This document shows positions 1 to 13,959 of a DNA stretch of 64,000 nucleotides, piece by piece. The DNA is from Eledone cirrhosa (Eukaryota), in assembly GCA_964016885.1 (NCBI GenBank), contig OZ024741.1:291276001-291340000 (forward strand), read 5' to 3'. Each line of letters begins with the position of its first letter. The first letter of the stretch is position 1. A model generated the notes under the pieces. The model was given only the letters and a program-made list of their open reading frames with translations, made no database searches and was not told the DNA's origin. Both the position numbers and the translations under genes were made by a program.

Positions 1-1404
1 CTGGACGGAGGGCCCGGTGAAGTTGCTTGGGGTTTGGATTGGACCGGACCTCCAGGTGGAAAAGAACTGGGACGAGGTTACGAACAAGGTATTTGCACTA
101 ACCCAGAAATGGGCCAGGTGTAAGCTGTCCCTAAAGGTCGGGCGGAGGTGGCGAACATTTACATAGCGTCCGTCACTTACTACCGCCTGACTGTCGTGCC
201 TTGCCCTAAGGAAACACTCTACACCATGGAACGCATGCTCTTCCAATTTCTCTGGAAGAGGCGCCTTCCTTTGGTGCCAACAACCTTCGAAAGGAGGGCT
301 GGGGATGCCGTGGTTGATGATGCGTAGGCACGCATTAAGGCTACGGCACCTACAGGTATTCCTCACTGGTCAACCGGTGTGGGCTCCGTTCGTGAAACGA
401 GCCTTTCCGAGACTCGTCTCGCTCACCGAGCTGCAGTCCTGGGTCAAGCAAATATCCGGAAAACTGGGAGACTGGCACACTGAGTGTGTCCAGTGGCTCA
501 GGGCTCTCTGGCAAGCGGGCCAGGCCATCGGTGGAGAATCCACCTCATCATTCTATAGAGGGCTGGTGGCTAGCAGGGGCGATGACACCCTTGGAGAGTC
601 ACTGGACATGGAAGAGGACGAACTGGCCAGCCTGTTCGGTAGGACTTTCGGCCCGGGACCAATGGACAACTTCCAGAAGTCACTAGCCTGGCAGTGCTAC
701 CGGGGGGCTCTACCCGTTCGAGAGAGGCTCTACAGACACGGGCGCCCGAGCAGGGATCCCTCGAAAAAGATTTGCCCTAGATGCGTGTGTCACGAAGAAA
801 CCGTTGCGCACGCATTGGTGCAATGTCCGGGCGTGGCTGATCTGTGGGGCTACGCCGAACGACTGCTGTCGCGGGTGGCGCCGATTCGATTGACCGCCGA
901 GTCCGTGATGACAATCAAGCCGCCTCCCCTCTTCACAAAGGAAGCAAAGGCGGTTTTTCTGTGCGGAATAGCCATGTTGAAAGAGGTTGTTTGGTGGACA
1001 CGATTGAAAGGTCTGAGGTCAGGCAACTTCCTCTCTAGCCATAGTCTGGTCTACTTCTTCCGATATCACTTCGGAAGAAGGATAAGAATGGAGAGAGAGG
1101 TACATGGCCACAGGCAGTTTTATGAAAGGTGGGTGATAGTGGCGAGAATGGCTCGTGTAAATGGGCCTTCTCTGTATACCATCCTGTAGGTAAAGAAGTA
1201 AAGGAGAGGGGAGCACCTTCTCCATGTGCTCCCCGGGCAATGGATTGCACACTTTTTCGGGGGTGTGTGCAACCCCCATCACGTCCCCTCCCTTTTGAGG
1301 TTGTTTTCGATTATTTTCATTTTATACCCATTTTACTCGATTTTATGTAAACTCCCCCTTTGTATTTGTCCCGTCTTTTTATGCCTTTATGGTAAATAAA
1401 GAAA
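1..1404 (+). mobile_element. Tx1/L1-clade non-LTR retrotransposon, 3' half (RT thumb, zf-RVT, 3'UTR)
   Basis: 5' part reads KLLGVWIGPDLQVEKNW...LSLKGRAEVAN...FQFLW...PSKGGLGMP with a frameshift near 137 and an apparent deletion near 275; the ORF continues to 1189; the 3'UTR ends AATAAAGAA at ~1395-1403, followed by (TA/TATC)n. Confidence 0.88.
305..1189 (+). pseudogene. C-terminal part of Tx1 ORF2 with zf-RVT CCHC finger (remnant, not a standalone gene)
   Basis: LAWQCYRGALPVRERL...CPRCVCHEETVAHALVQCP...LW is the typical L1/Tx1 zf-RVT signature; the upstream frame is disrupted. Confidence 0.85.
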
Positions 1405-1581
1405 TATATCTATATATCACCCGCCACCCTCCTCTCTCTGCGTGTAGGTAATTTATCTGGGATTTTGTTTTAAGGAAATTGCCAAGGAACCCTTTGAAAA
1501 TTATGGGAATATTTTGTCTTTAACATTAATGAGAGAAAGTCCGGTTAAATTGAAAAACAAGAGGTTCATAATTTTTATATG

Positions 1582-1628
<47 letters not shown>

Positions 1629-1632
1629 TATA

Positions 1633-1800
1633 TAGGAGTCGCAAATGCTTAGGTCCGTCTCAACGGCTGACGACCTTGGAGTTGTATGTCTTCCGTTTGT
1701 CAATTTTTGGCTTTGTCTTTTTATTTCAAAAAGGTTCACGTTGCCTAGTTTCCGTACTTGTTTTCTTCCGCTGTTTTTTCTGTGTCAATTATATACCTAA
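1633..1800. repeat. Unclassified interspersed repeat (family G), flanked by (TA)n
   Basis: gtccgtctcaacggctgacgaccttggagttgtatgtc matches gtccatctcaacggccgatgaccctggaattgtgtgtc at ~33642 and gaccctggagttctgtgtc at ~33190. Confidence 0.55.
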
Positions 1801-1901
1801 TATATATATATGTATGTGTGTTAGTGTGTGTGTTTGTGTGTATGCGTGTGTGTGTCTTTATATATGTATGCATGTATGTATATATATATATATATATATA
1901 T

Positions 1902-2158
1902 ATACAATATATTAACAAATGGAGATTATATTTATAAAACCATATTTATTTCATTATACATATTTCAACGGCTACCAAGGCAAACTATGGTGCGCTTTCA
2001 TCAGATAAAATATAATATAGGTTAGTTTTATAAATAAATATTGACATACCCTGAAAAAATGCAACCATTCTGGTTGGAATCTCCTGGATAGTTGAGTGCT
2101 TTATATCAGTTATAAAAATATTTTGCTTGTTGTATCCCAACAAATTAAATATACCCTC

Positions 2159-2160
<2 letters not shown>
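1902..2160. mobile_element. Penelope-like short module, family F
   Basis: Sits in (TA)n; shared with 40075-40204 and 55541-55715; contains a hammerhead on the minus strand and the tail motif TTGAGTGCT at ~2092. Confidence 0.7.
1947..2012 (-). ncRNA. Type I hammerhead ribozyme motif
   Basis: Minus strand: UAUUUUAU-CUGAUGA-[stem II]-GAAA-UAUGUA-UA-AUGAAAUA; stem I pairs over 8 bp including one G-U. Confidence 0.72.
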
Positions 2161-2200
<40 letters not shown>

Positions 2201-2454
2201 TATTTACGTGTAAATTTATTCTATTATACATATTTAGCTCCTTTGAAAAATATGGTCATTAGATCAGAAGTATGAGAGTGTGTGTGTGGGGGGGGGGGGG
2301 GTGTACTCGAAGTACAAATTTCGTCTATTTATTTATAGCATTCATCTTCTGTTTTAGGTAATATGTTATGCACGTGTTTGACATGTATTTATGTATTCAA
2401 GTTATCGTTCTCTTTATACATACTGTATATGCATATGCTTCTTAATTCTTTAGT

Positions 2455-2740
2455 CCCGTAACTCTTTGCCGATTCGTAGGGGCGCTGCAGTGGCATACGG
2501 CGTTTCTTGGACATTTTCAAGCCTTAGGGAGCCTATCCCCTCTTCAAGTCTGAACACAGCAGATTTCTTCCAGAGAAGGATAGAAAGTGAGTGAGAGGAA
2601 CGGAGAAAGAGATATAGAGGAAGAATCTACCTCAGTACTTGACTAGTACTTTATTTATCGAACTTAGAAAGCAGAGAGCCGGAAAGAATAGAGCAAAGCA
2701 TTCTATCCGACGTTCGAACGACTCTGACAATTTGTCGCCC
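2455..2740 (-). mobile_element. tRNA-derived SINE, long-tailed variant (degraded)
   Basis: ctcagtacttgactagtactttatttatcga core plus an extension homologous to 40940-41057. Confidence 0.6.
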
Positions 2741-3292
2741 CATACATATGCACCAATCCATATTATTTATAAGGCTCACTAGTCTGTGGCTAGGGGCCAC
2801 GCAATTACTAGGTGCCTGTCAATGCGTATTTGCTGCAATGGGGTGAATTATTGAAGTGCTTGACGGGAGCCCGGAATACCTGAAAATCCAAGTGCCCGGT
2901 CATGGGTTAATTACGGTCCACCATGTTTGTATGTGTGTGTACTGTTTGTTTTTCAAACCTATATATTCATGTTTAAATCTAAATACGAGCGCATGTGTAT
3001 GTGTATTTATGTAATTGCACGATTCTTCACACATTCACACTTTCACGTTTATCATTAGCTGATATGTGTGTATATGATGAAACCATATTCACATGTATGA
3101 TGTATATGTATATACGAAATATAATAATATATTCTAAAGCTCTCATGTTAAGTAGGCAAAAGGAGAAGGAAGGGAAAGAGTAGGAGGTAATGAGTTTGGG
3201 TGGGAGGAGATTTTGTCATGTCGTGTGTAATTTAGACAAGCACTCTGACATTTTAACATGCCCTTCTCACTCTCACAACACTCCACTCCACC

Positions 3293-3545
3293 TCACCTTC
3301 TAGTACTAACACCAGTACTATATCTGTCTCTACCACAATAACCCCCCACTACAAATATAGCAACTACGATCATAACCACAAGCACAGCTACCACAACCAC
3401 ATTCATTGACGTCACCATCACCACCACCACCACCATCATCACCAGCACTAGCACCAATGCCAACACCATTAAGATCACCAGCACCATCACCAGCACCATA
3501 ACCACCATCGCCACGATCACAACCACCACAACAACCACCCTCACC
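3293..3545. repeat. (CAC/CAT)n low-complexity tract
   Basis: Degenerate trinucleotide repeat producing spurious Val/Gly-rich ORFs. Confidence 0.85.
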
Positions 3546-3637
3546 GTTGTTCATGGTCAATCGTTACGCTAGAAATAGAAGGCACATTTTTCCACCTCAA
3601 ATTAGATTATTCTGTCTTACACATAATAATGATAATG

Positions 3638-3915
3638 ATTTCTACTATAGGCACACGGCCAGCAATTTGGGTAGAGGGGAAAGTCGATTAAATCGACCTC
3701 AGTGCATTACTGGTGCATTTTATCGACCCCGTAAGGATGAAAGGCAAAGCTAACCTCAGCGGGATTTGAATTCAGAACTCAAAGGGCCATAACTCTCTGC
3801 TACGAAGCATAATGATAATAATAATGATTTCTACTTTAGACACAAGGCCAGCAATTTGAAGGGGAGAGGAACGTCGATTAAATCGACCCCAGTGCCTGAC
3901 TGGTACTTTATTCGC
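3638..3915 (-). mobile_element. Two tandem copies of the main tRNA-derived SINE (one partial)
   Basis: ggcacaaggccagcaatt...atcgaccccgtaaggatgaaaggcaaag..aacctc.gcgggatttgaa; (TAA)n tails. Confidence 0.85.
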
Positions 3916-3959
3916 GCTTAATAATAATAATAATAACAAAATAAAATAAATATACTTGT

Positions 3960-4300
3960 TGGAACTTCTTATCGTGTCCACAAGTGTGTCAGCTAAAAAG
4001 CTTGGGTAGATGTGGTCCCGCCACAGCTGAAGTCATTGCTATCCTTTCTTATTAAACTCTGTCAAGTCAAATTCTGTGCAGGGGTGTTCCAGCAGGGGGC
4101 ATATCAAGAGGTGCTACGTAGTCTGTGGTTCGATGTCGCAGTCACAGACAACGTCCCGATCCTTTAAATATTCCCATTTTGCCAGATTGACTTTTGCACG
4201 TCCAACACCAGATCTTAGTCTATTGAGGCATGTCCACACATGATAGTTTGCATCTGTAAATTAAGCAGCTTTGAATTGTAGTTTTGGGTGCGGATTCAGG
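3960..4300 (-). mobile_element. Vingi/Ingi-like LINE 3' fragment
   Basis: Minus strand: WTCLNRLRSGVGRAKVNLAKWEY...CDCDIEPQTT*HLLICP, the C-terminal motif of Vingi/Ingi-type ORFs; ends ggacacgataagaag. Confidence 0.7.
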
Positions 4301-4634
4301 CAGTTTGGAACCAAAAGGGTTAAATATATTTATAACTATAGATTAATAATTGAGGAGGTTGCATTAGGAAATTCTTATGAGTATGTGACTCTTTTCCAAT
4401 CAAGGCCGAGATATATAGAGAGAGGAAGATGAAAAAGCAGTAGAGAGAGAAGGAGAGAGAGGGAGAGAGAGAGAGAAGAGAGAGAGAGTATGTATATACT
4501 TGTTTCGCAATGTTGAGCAGAATAATTTGCTAAGACGTACAAGTCAATGTGCGTTGCTAAGCAAGGTTTCTAAAAGTGGATAGCAGCAGATCTATGGACG
4601 GTTTTTCAATCAAGCGTTTAGAAAGAAAATGCGT

Positions 4635-4711
<77 letters not shown>

Positions 4712-4929
4712 TGTGTATGTGTGTGTGTGTGTAAGGCATATGTTTTATGACTGGTATGTGCATGTATCTGTGTGAGGGTGTATGTATTTAGTATAATGTT
4801 ACAACATACTGAAATATTAATTAAATCTATAAATTATCGTCAAATTAGTGTTTCCCTGGCTAATAATTACGGACCACCCCAACAGTAAAAAAATAGTGTC
4901 ACTAATCGGAGTATATGGATGACATCTTC

Positions 4930-4991
<62 letters not shown>

Positions 4992-5173
4992 TTGAAAGAG
5001 CGAGCGAGGGAGAGAGTGTGTATATGTATGTATATTTTTGCGATAGTCAAGTTTCTTTGTATGTGTGTGATTTTTGTATGCAATGTATATATACCATGTG
5101 GACCACCCCAGTAGCTATAACTCATATAAAACTCTCTCTATATATATACATCTACGAACACACACAGACAACT

Positions 5174-5326
<153 letters not shown>

Positions 5327-6037
5327 TGTCGTAATTTCACAAATATATATATATATATATACACAGTATACATATGTATATATATTTTGATACATCAATA
5401 TACTTCAATGTGTGTTGATTGTTGGGATTGGTGGTAAATATTACCAAACTGTTTAAACTATTCATATAAATGGTTTAAATGTATTCCCCTACAGATATGC
5501 AAAGTCACTCCTGTAATCTTATGAATACATTTGCAAACATCAAACAAAAGTTACCATATTAGGTGTCTTTATTACGGGTTTTGTTTTAGGATTGTTCTGT
5601 AGCTTTAGTTGTTTTTGTTGTCGTCACTTATCATGGTGGCGATTGTGGTGGTTGTATGTGATACTTGCAATGAAAATATCTACAAAAATATTGATGACTT
5701 TTTCCTTGAGGGAAAGGCAACGGCACATTTGATAAATGAATCTTTTGATGATGAAATCAGTATTAGAAGATTTTAACGAAATTCCTAGTGGAATAATATA
5801 TTCAAATAGGAGATTTATTTTTCAGCAAAGATAGCATCACAGCTAATCTGACGGTATTAGAATCAAATGTAGCTCATGATCGCAGCATACCTCCTACATC
5901 CATCATACCACTAGCTGTTTATGACTCACCCATTGTGCCAGAAAGTGAACTCAATGACCGTAACCATCAATGTAGAAGTTATTGTTTAACAGCAGACAAT
6001 TTACCGATCAGTGCTGAAAATGTTTCTGCATACGGGT

Positions 6038-6222
6038 ACTGGATTGGCAGAATCGGTAGAGTGTCTGACACCCTGCTTTGCAGCATAGAGTTACGTCCCT
6101 TTATGTTCTGAGTTCAAATCCTACCGAGATTAACTTTGCCTTTCACCTTATGGGGTCGATAAAAAAGTACCAGTAATGCACTGGGATAATTGTTGGCCTT
6201 GTGCCAAAAGTATAAACAATTA
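6038..6222 (+). mobile_element. Main tRNA-derived SINE, sense copy
   Basis: A-box-like TGGCAGAATCGG, B-box GAGTTCAAATCC, 3' end ggccttgtgccaaaagtataaacaattat. Confidence 0.85.
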
Positions 6223-7139
6223 TATAGTGATTCAATAATTCGAAACATGCAATTTTATCTCTACTTTAAATATCCTTCCACGTTCGTCAACATTCGGGAA
6301 AATATATACTTGTTAATGAACTGTCTAACAAGACGAAACACTAATTCGTTAAAAGCAGATATGGAAATGCGCTGTGTGGAAGCTGGGCAAAGAATCAATC
6401 AAGAATTGAAAGGAGATGTGAGGAAAAGGAACTTGGAAAGAATTAAAAATCAAGCAGAAAGAAAATACCAAAGAACAGGAATAATTATTATGATTTACTT
6501 ATAAAGTAAAATACAATATTTCTATAAAATTTGACATTTATTATATATACTTTTCTTCTGCGGGGTCTGTTTTTGTTTTTATGATCCTGATCTGGGGTTT
6601 CCTTAAGGTCTGCTTGACAGCCATTATTGTATAGTCATTGAGATTGCATTTGGTATTCAATAGATATAACATTAAGAACATCTAATAATTGTTCAGAAAA
6701 TCGGTGATAAGCTGATGGCATTGCAGGCAGCAATAGTAGTCGCCATTGTAGATCTACATAGGAAAAACCAACAAGGGAATGTAAATGAAACGAAATAACG
6801 GGAAGGCCTCTATGCGGTTAATAAATCTGCTAAAAAATACCCACACAAATCTCAAGAAACCACGGCTTATCATCTTTTCGATGGACGGACACAAGGTAGT
6901 TGAATCCCAGATGCACTTTTTAAAAAATAAAAGCGGTCGGTTCATGGCTGATCCACCCAGCTTGTCATTAGATACTTCTATGAGTGCTGAACTAGGCTAA
7001 ACATAAACATTAGCAACAACAACAAAAACTTCGATGACAGAAGCATGTAGAAAACATATCATGTATACCAACCAACTGTTATGCTTTGTTATGTATATCT
7101 CAAACCAGGGGACAATGCTAATACCCAAAAGTGTAAAAT

Positions 7140-7310
7140 TTGGGTGACCTCTGCTCTAAATCACATTTCAAAGGATACGCCTTTGTAATCCAGGAACGAG
7201 AAAGGGCAGCAGAATATCTTATGAATAAAATATAAACTGTCAAGTATCTAAGGTGTAACAAGAATATATCTAAAGATTCATGTTTCTGTGGACAACATAA
7301 CAAATATATA
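7140..7310 (+). mobile_element. R4/Dong-like LINE internal fragment (degraded)
   Basis: SHFKGYAFVIQERE..EYLMNK is homologous to SHFEGYAFAIQEQEISTKYLIHK at ~60480-60550. Confidence 0.65.
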
Positions 7311-7437
7311 CATTGTGTTCTCCCAGAATGTCACTAAGGTATTCTTTTCCTATGAGGCTTGTATCTTTTGCAAAGGCCTAGATGAAATGATATCTTAGGG
7401 AAGCTTACATCCCTGGTGTAATTGTGAAAAATAATAA

Positions 7438-7556
7438 CTGTTTCTACTTTTTGGCACAAGGCCAGCAATTACCCAGTACATTACTGGTACTTTATTTTAT
7501 CGACCCCCGTAAGGATGAAAGGCAAAGTTAACCTCGGCGGGAATTGAACTCAGAAT
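7438..7556 (-). mobile_element. Main tRNA-derived SINE (short variant, 5'-truncated)
   Basis: Same core sequence as the other copies. Confidence 0.85.
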
Positions 7557-7717
7557 ACGGGAGTATTCTACGAGATTAACCAATCTGTGAAAAAACAGTA
7601 ACCAAATCTCCTTCAGAAAGTCGTCAACGAAGCAGGAATCCGGGTATACCTTCAGCCTGATCTATGCACTGTGATACAATATGCTTCTAAACGAAGAAAT
7701 TATATATATATATATAT

Positions 7718-8000
7718 CTAGGGAGTGTAACGTGAAGTTACTGTAGGTTCACCCAAGTGAGCACTCGATGTTTAGGTTCACGTCTGTAGCGAGGTGTAGA
7801 GGTAAACAGAGTGTAAATATAATAATACAAAGGCGATTTGTTAAGCCTTCATTACGTTTATTGATTGTCATTATAACAGCAGAGGTCCAACGAGCTTTTG
7901 ATTCCTGAGTCGGTCCAGATCGATACGGATCGAACCTTGAACTGATCAATAGCGAAACGCGCGTCACCAAACAAGAAACGTAATGAAGGCTTGTATTATT
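7718..8000. mobile_element. Penelope-like short module, family D
   Basis: Sits in (TA)n; GAAACGCGCGTC (minimal hammerhead stem III typical of PLE pLTRs) at ~7974; inverted aagccttcattacgttt/aaacgtaatgaaggctt; shared with 25741 and 29086. Confidence 0.7.
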
Positions 8001-8001
8001 A

Positions 8002-8038
<37 letters not shown>

Positions 8039-8240
8039 ATAATACAGATCGGAGCAAACAGCACAGACACTCTATCTCAAAATTATTTTTGAAAAGCATT
8101 TAGAAATGCGCAACCGGTAAAAACTTAAAAACTTAAAACCACAACTGAATACTAACCCATACAATCACTAATACTCTTTTATTCCTAATTAAACCATTTT
8201 TCAACTGTGAACAATTTGTCAGCATTTTCTATTCCGTTTA

Positions 8241-8276
<36 letters not shown>

Positions 8277-8309
8277 TGTGTCTATATGTATATGTGTATG
8301 TGTGTTTAA

Positions 8310-8430
8310 AAGATAAACAGATTAACAACTCAATTGGTACAGTATATGGAAGGAATATATTAGGTTAAAGCTTGAAGTAGCAGGAAGAGGGTCTTGACGC
8401 TAGTCCTTCATCAGAAGAAAGAATGAGAAA
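8310..8430 (-). mobile_element. Degraded Penelope-like pLTR remnant
   Basis: Minus strand ctgatgaaggactagcgtcaagaccctc looks like a hammerhead that has lost its GAAA. Confidence 0.4.
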
Positions 8431-9378
8431 TAAGATAGATTGAAGGAGCGGGCGGAGTGGAATTGGAAAAAAAATCCTTAGATAAAAATAACAGGTCCAT
8501 TCATGTTGACATCAACACTCAGAAACACATACACAAACGCAAAGACGCGCACGCAAGAGCACAAACACACAAACACACAAACACACACATATTACTTGCC
8601 TGAGCCCTCAACTCATGATGGTGTCGCAGGTGTATCGGTATGATACGTTGTACCCCAGTTTTTATCATTTGTCGTGTGTGCATTCTAGATCTTGTTTCTC
8701 CACTAAGGACTCGAATGTTCCATCTTTAGGCTCTCTGTGCATATTTTCCTTTTTCTACCACTCTTATTCTCGGTATAGAAAAGCCTTTACTGGATCTTAT
8801 TTCATGGTAATAACATATCAGCTTTCTTTGCTTCGCCGTTCAGAATATGTCTTCAGGGGGTAATATGCTGCTACGTAAATTTACGGACACACATGTGTAT
8901 AAAATTACCGACATATAAGGCGACAAATATATTGCATAAGAATTTCATTTCCGATACTTTCGTCTTTGTCTGTATCACTGCAGTAAGTGTCTATGTTTAG
9001 TACACATACAGAGAGCGGGAGAGTACCACGCAGTGTAGGAGTCTGATCTCGTTCTCCAACGATATGCTTTTATCTTTCAGCATTTACTTGAATTCAGTTA
9101 AAGTAGTCATCCACCTATCTAACTATTTATCAATCTATCTATAAAGAAAGAAAGATATCTATCTATCTATCAATCTGTCTCTCTATCCCCCCCTCTCTAT
9201 TATATGTATATATATATATATACAGATAATATCAATAAGTTGACGAAATCACAATACCACGAAATGCTTCACGTAATATATAGTACAACAATATCGTGCC
9301 ACTCACTGTTCTAGTCAAGGTTACGTGGTGGTAATACGCACACACACACATACATATGTATATATATATATATATACA

Positions 9379-10140
9379 TATTGTTATACTTTGGGAGGGT
9401 CATGTTTCCAATAAGAAACACACGCGGCGGTTGGTTTCACTCCAATTTATCATAAATTAAATTATAAATTTAAAAAATTTATAAATTTCCGATTGGGTGG
9501 TTGGTTCCACAACCGGATGGTTGTTCATATATTGTCAAAGTTCTTTCGTCACACATTCTGTGACCTCATCAAATTAGAGAACATAGAAATAAAAATAAAA
9601 TCTACACACAGAAAAGACGCAATATTTAGACAAATCAGAGAGGCAATAAACATAAATGAACTCCAACCAAAATTAAATAGAAAACATGAATGGAATAGCA
9701 ACATGACAACTTACAATTAAGGACTGAATGAAAACACACACACACATAGAACAAACAACCAACTAGTAACATGTAAATAAACAAATAAATAAACAAATAA
9801 AATACACACAGACACCCAGATGTAACACATACGCAAACTAAGCACACAATACACACAAAAACAAGATGGCATAGGACAGAACAAAGAAAATATTCCCCCG
9901 TCACTGATGAGGTCACATAATGTGTGACGAAAGAACTTTGACAATATATGAACAACCATCCGGTTCTGGAACCAACCAGACAACCGGAAATTTATAATTT
10001 AATTAATAATAAATTGGAGTGAAAGCTACTGGTGCGTGTGTTTCTTATTGGCAATATGACCCTCCCAAAGTATAACAATATCGGTTTCAACACACGTTTT
10101 CAGATAAAGAATCTTGCTAAACAAATTCAAAAACGAAATA
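9379..10140 (+). mobile_element. Penelope-like element, family A: inverted pLTR + GIY-YIG C-terminus + pLTR + tail
   Basis: 9379-9570 is the reverse complement of ~9905-10080; ~9570-9720 encodes STHRKDAIFRQIREAININELQPKLNRKHEW, the RxxxEAxxI...PxLNR end of a GIY-YIG endonuclease; hammerhead at 9900. Confidence 0.85.
9900..9942 (+). ncRNA. Type I hammerhead ribozyme motif
   Basis: GUCA-CUGAUGA-G-GUCACA-UAAUG-UGUGAC-GAAA-GAAC-UU-UGAC; stems I and II pair and stem III is minimal. Confidence 0.75.
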
Positions 10141-10143
10141 TAC

Positions 10144-10215
<72 letters not shown>

Positions 10216-10224
10216 GTGCATGTG

Positions 10225-10720
10225 TATTTGTTTTTCAAGATTTCTTATCTGGAAACGTGTGTTGAAACAGATATTGTTATACTTTGCCAATAAAAACGAT
10301 CGCACCTCTTGAGTTTATTACACATTTCCAGTTGATTGATTTGATTACCTGATGGTTGTTTATTCATTGTCAAAAGTTTTTCGTCACACATTCTGTGATC
10401 TCCTCAGTGAATACTTTATTTTGAATCTTCTGTTCTGCCCTCCACCATTTTGCTTTTGTATGTTCCATTTTGCTTTTGTATGTTGTATATATGCCAGCAC
10501 TGAAACAAGCATACAACACGCGAAAACAAGATGAAGTAGGACAGAACAAAGGAGAGACACAAATTAATTACTTGGGAGGTTACAGAATGTGTGACGAAAT
10601 ATATTTGACAAAGAATAACCAACCAACCGATTATTAACCAACAAACTCGAAATTGGTAATAAATTGAAGGGAAAACCAACAGGTGCATCTGTTTTTTATT
10701 GGCAACATGACTCTCCCAAA

Positions 10721-10722
<2 letters not shown>
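10225..10722 (-). mobile_element. Penelope-like family A, second diverged copy in the opposite orientation
   Basis: The reverse-complement tail (tttcttatctggaaacgtgtgttgaaac.gatattgttatac) lies on the left; hammerhead-like ctgaggagatcacagaatgtgtgacgaaa on minus at ~10368-10411; inverted arm to 10722. Confidence 0.75.
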
Positions 10723-10768
<46 letters not shown>

Positions 10769-10789
10769 GTGTGTGTTTATATCGTTATA

Positions 10790-11841
10790 CTAGCAGTAAA
10801 GCCCGGCGTTGCTCGGGGTCGCTCAGTAGCTGTGTTAAAGTTACAATGTTAAGTTTCTTTTTTGGCTTAAAAACTGTAGTGTCTACTGTGCAGACTTGCA
10901 TGTGGTGTTTTTGATTAATATTCCCTCAACCAACAATATGCCTTATGAAGTTAAGAAAACATAACGATAACCCGAATGTTATAACAAAAGAGGATGCTGG
11001 GGATAAAAACTGCACTGGTTATTTATTAACAAAGATCGAAAATGTAAACACTGCAACGCAGAGAAAAACATTAGCGTAACCAAATTATTAGTTATGTCTG
11101 TCTGCACGCCTATATCACCTCTCTGCACGACTGTCTGTCTGCACGCCTATATCACCTCTCTGCACGACTGTCTGTCTGCACGCCTATATCACCTCTCTGC
11201 ACGACTGTCTGTCTGCACGCCTATATCACCTCTCTGCACGACTATCTGTCTGCACGCGTATATCACCTCTCTGCACGACTGTCTGTCTGCACGCCTATAT
11301 CACCTCTCTGCACGACTGTCTGTCTTCACGACTATATCACCTCTCTGCACGACTGTCTGTCTGCACGCCTATATCACCTCTCTGCATGACTGTCTGTCTG
11401 CACGACTATCTGTCTGCACGCCTAACGACGAAATATTTGCTTGTTTTACGTAGTCTTTAAATAGACTTGTTTTCAAGTAAAAATATTGTTTTAAAATGCT
11501 TTTAAATGGAAATGAAGCAAAACGGAAGCTTAGTGTTCGAACTGATGAATTTTGCAGGTCAATATTTTGCTGGCTCGACATCTGTTAAAGCCAGCGTAAT
11601 TTTTTACGTAAGACGCTCAATGTAAACAGAACAAAGGGAAATAACTGATAACTTACGCTCAAAAATCGATACATTATATTCGATTTCGTCACATAGGGTG
11701 GGTCAATTTGAAATTTTTTTTTTCCGATGTCTTCGCTAGGGCTCAATAGCAATTTCGGTGCAATTCCGTGAGAGATTCTAAGAGGAGATGTGTGCCAAAA
11801 ATCGATAGACAGACAGACAACCACAGTTTTATATATATAGA
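10790..11841 (-). mobile_element. Non-autonomous Helitron
   Basis: Minus strand starts A|TCTATATATATAAAAC with (CTGT)n and ends with a cccgagcaacgccgggc hairpin + CTAG|T, the canonical Helitron termini and AT target. Confidence 0.8.
11095..11422. repeat. 37-bp minisatellite (~8-9 copies) inside the Helitron
   Basis: Unit tgtctgtctgcacgcctatatcacctctctgcacgac repeated nearly perfectly. Confidence 0.92.
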
Positions 11842-11949
11842 TGAGTTGCTGTTTATCTGTATATGTATCTATCAATGTTTCTCATTTGATTTTTATTACA
11901 CACACAACATATATACATACATACATAGGGACGTGTGTGACACCACTGA

Positions 11950-13310
<1,361 letters not shown>

Positions 13311-13579
13311 CGGAGTGAGAAAGTGATGGAAATGTTGAATAAGTGTACGTTATTATAGGCCAAAATCTTATCTACTCTTCACCTGTCGGCCACGACCCAC
13401 AGGTGGGAAAGTTAGTTGGTATTGCAAGATACTCGCTCTAATGGTGCATGTAGAGGTTGTAGTTGTACTCATTTATATTGGGGTTTACATATCAATATAT
13501 CCACACGCACGTACACACACACACATACACACACACACTAAAAAAAACGCACACACACATACACACACTCAAAAAAACG

Positions 13580-13626
<47 letters not shown>

Positions 13627-13959
13627 GAGCTTTGCATTTCCTCATTTCGTGCTTAATAAATAAATTATTTATCCATTACTGGGGTTTTTACAACTCCACC
13701 TCACCCAAACCTCTCTACCCCCCCCCCCATCTCACTTTCGGTTGTGATGTGATCTGATCTTCCGGTGGTGGATTTCACTGGATTTGACAGGCTCTAGACA
13801 CTCTATATATCGTGACTACTCTCTGACGACATCATCAGATGTTGAAGTCCCAAGTAAGGGGAAGAAGCAAAGCATTTGTTTAGTATCGTTCGTAAAGGAA
13901 TCAGCGTAGGTGAGTGAGTTTGGCAGGATTGCGTTGATGATTGCCCTAGCAATCAGACT

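Noticed and set aside
3293-3560. Hydrophobic poly-Val 'membrane protein' and Gly-rich ORFs (similar at 27471, 41367)
   Set aside because: Translations of degenerate trinucleotide repeats.
6190-7000. Short non-repetitive ORFs (104 aa, 71 aa) as host exons
   Set aside because: The first starts inside a SINE, and neither shows a recognisable domain or supportable splice structure.
11094-11453. Cys/His-rich repetitive 119-aa ORF; also a CRISPR-like 37-bp periodicity
   Set aside because: Head-to-tail minisatellite with no unique spacers and no cas genes, in a eukaryotic context; the protein repeat is just the frame-cycling translation.
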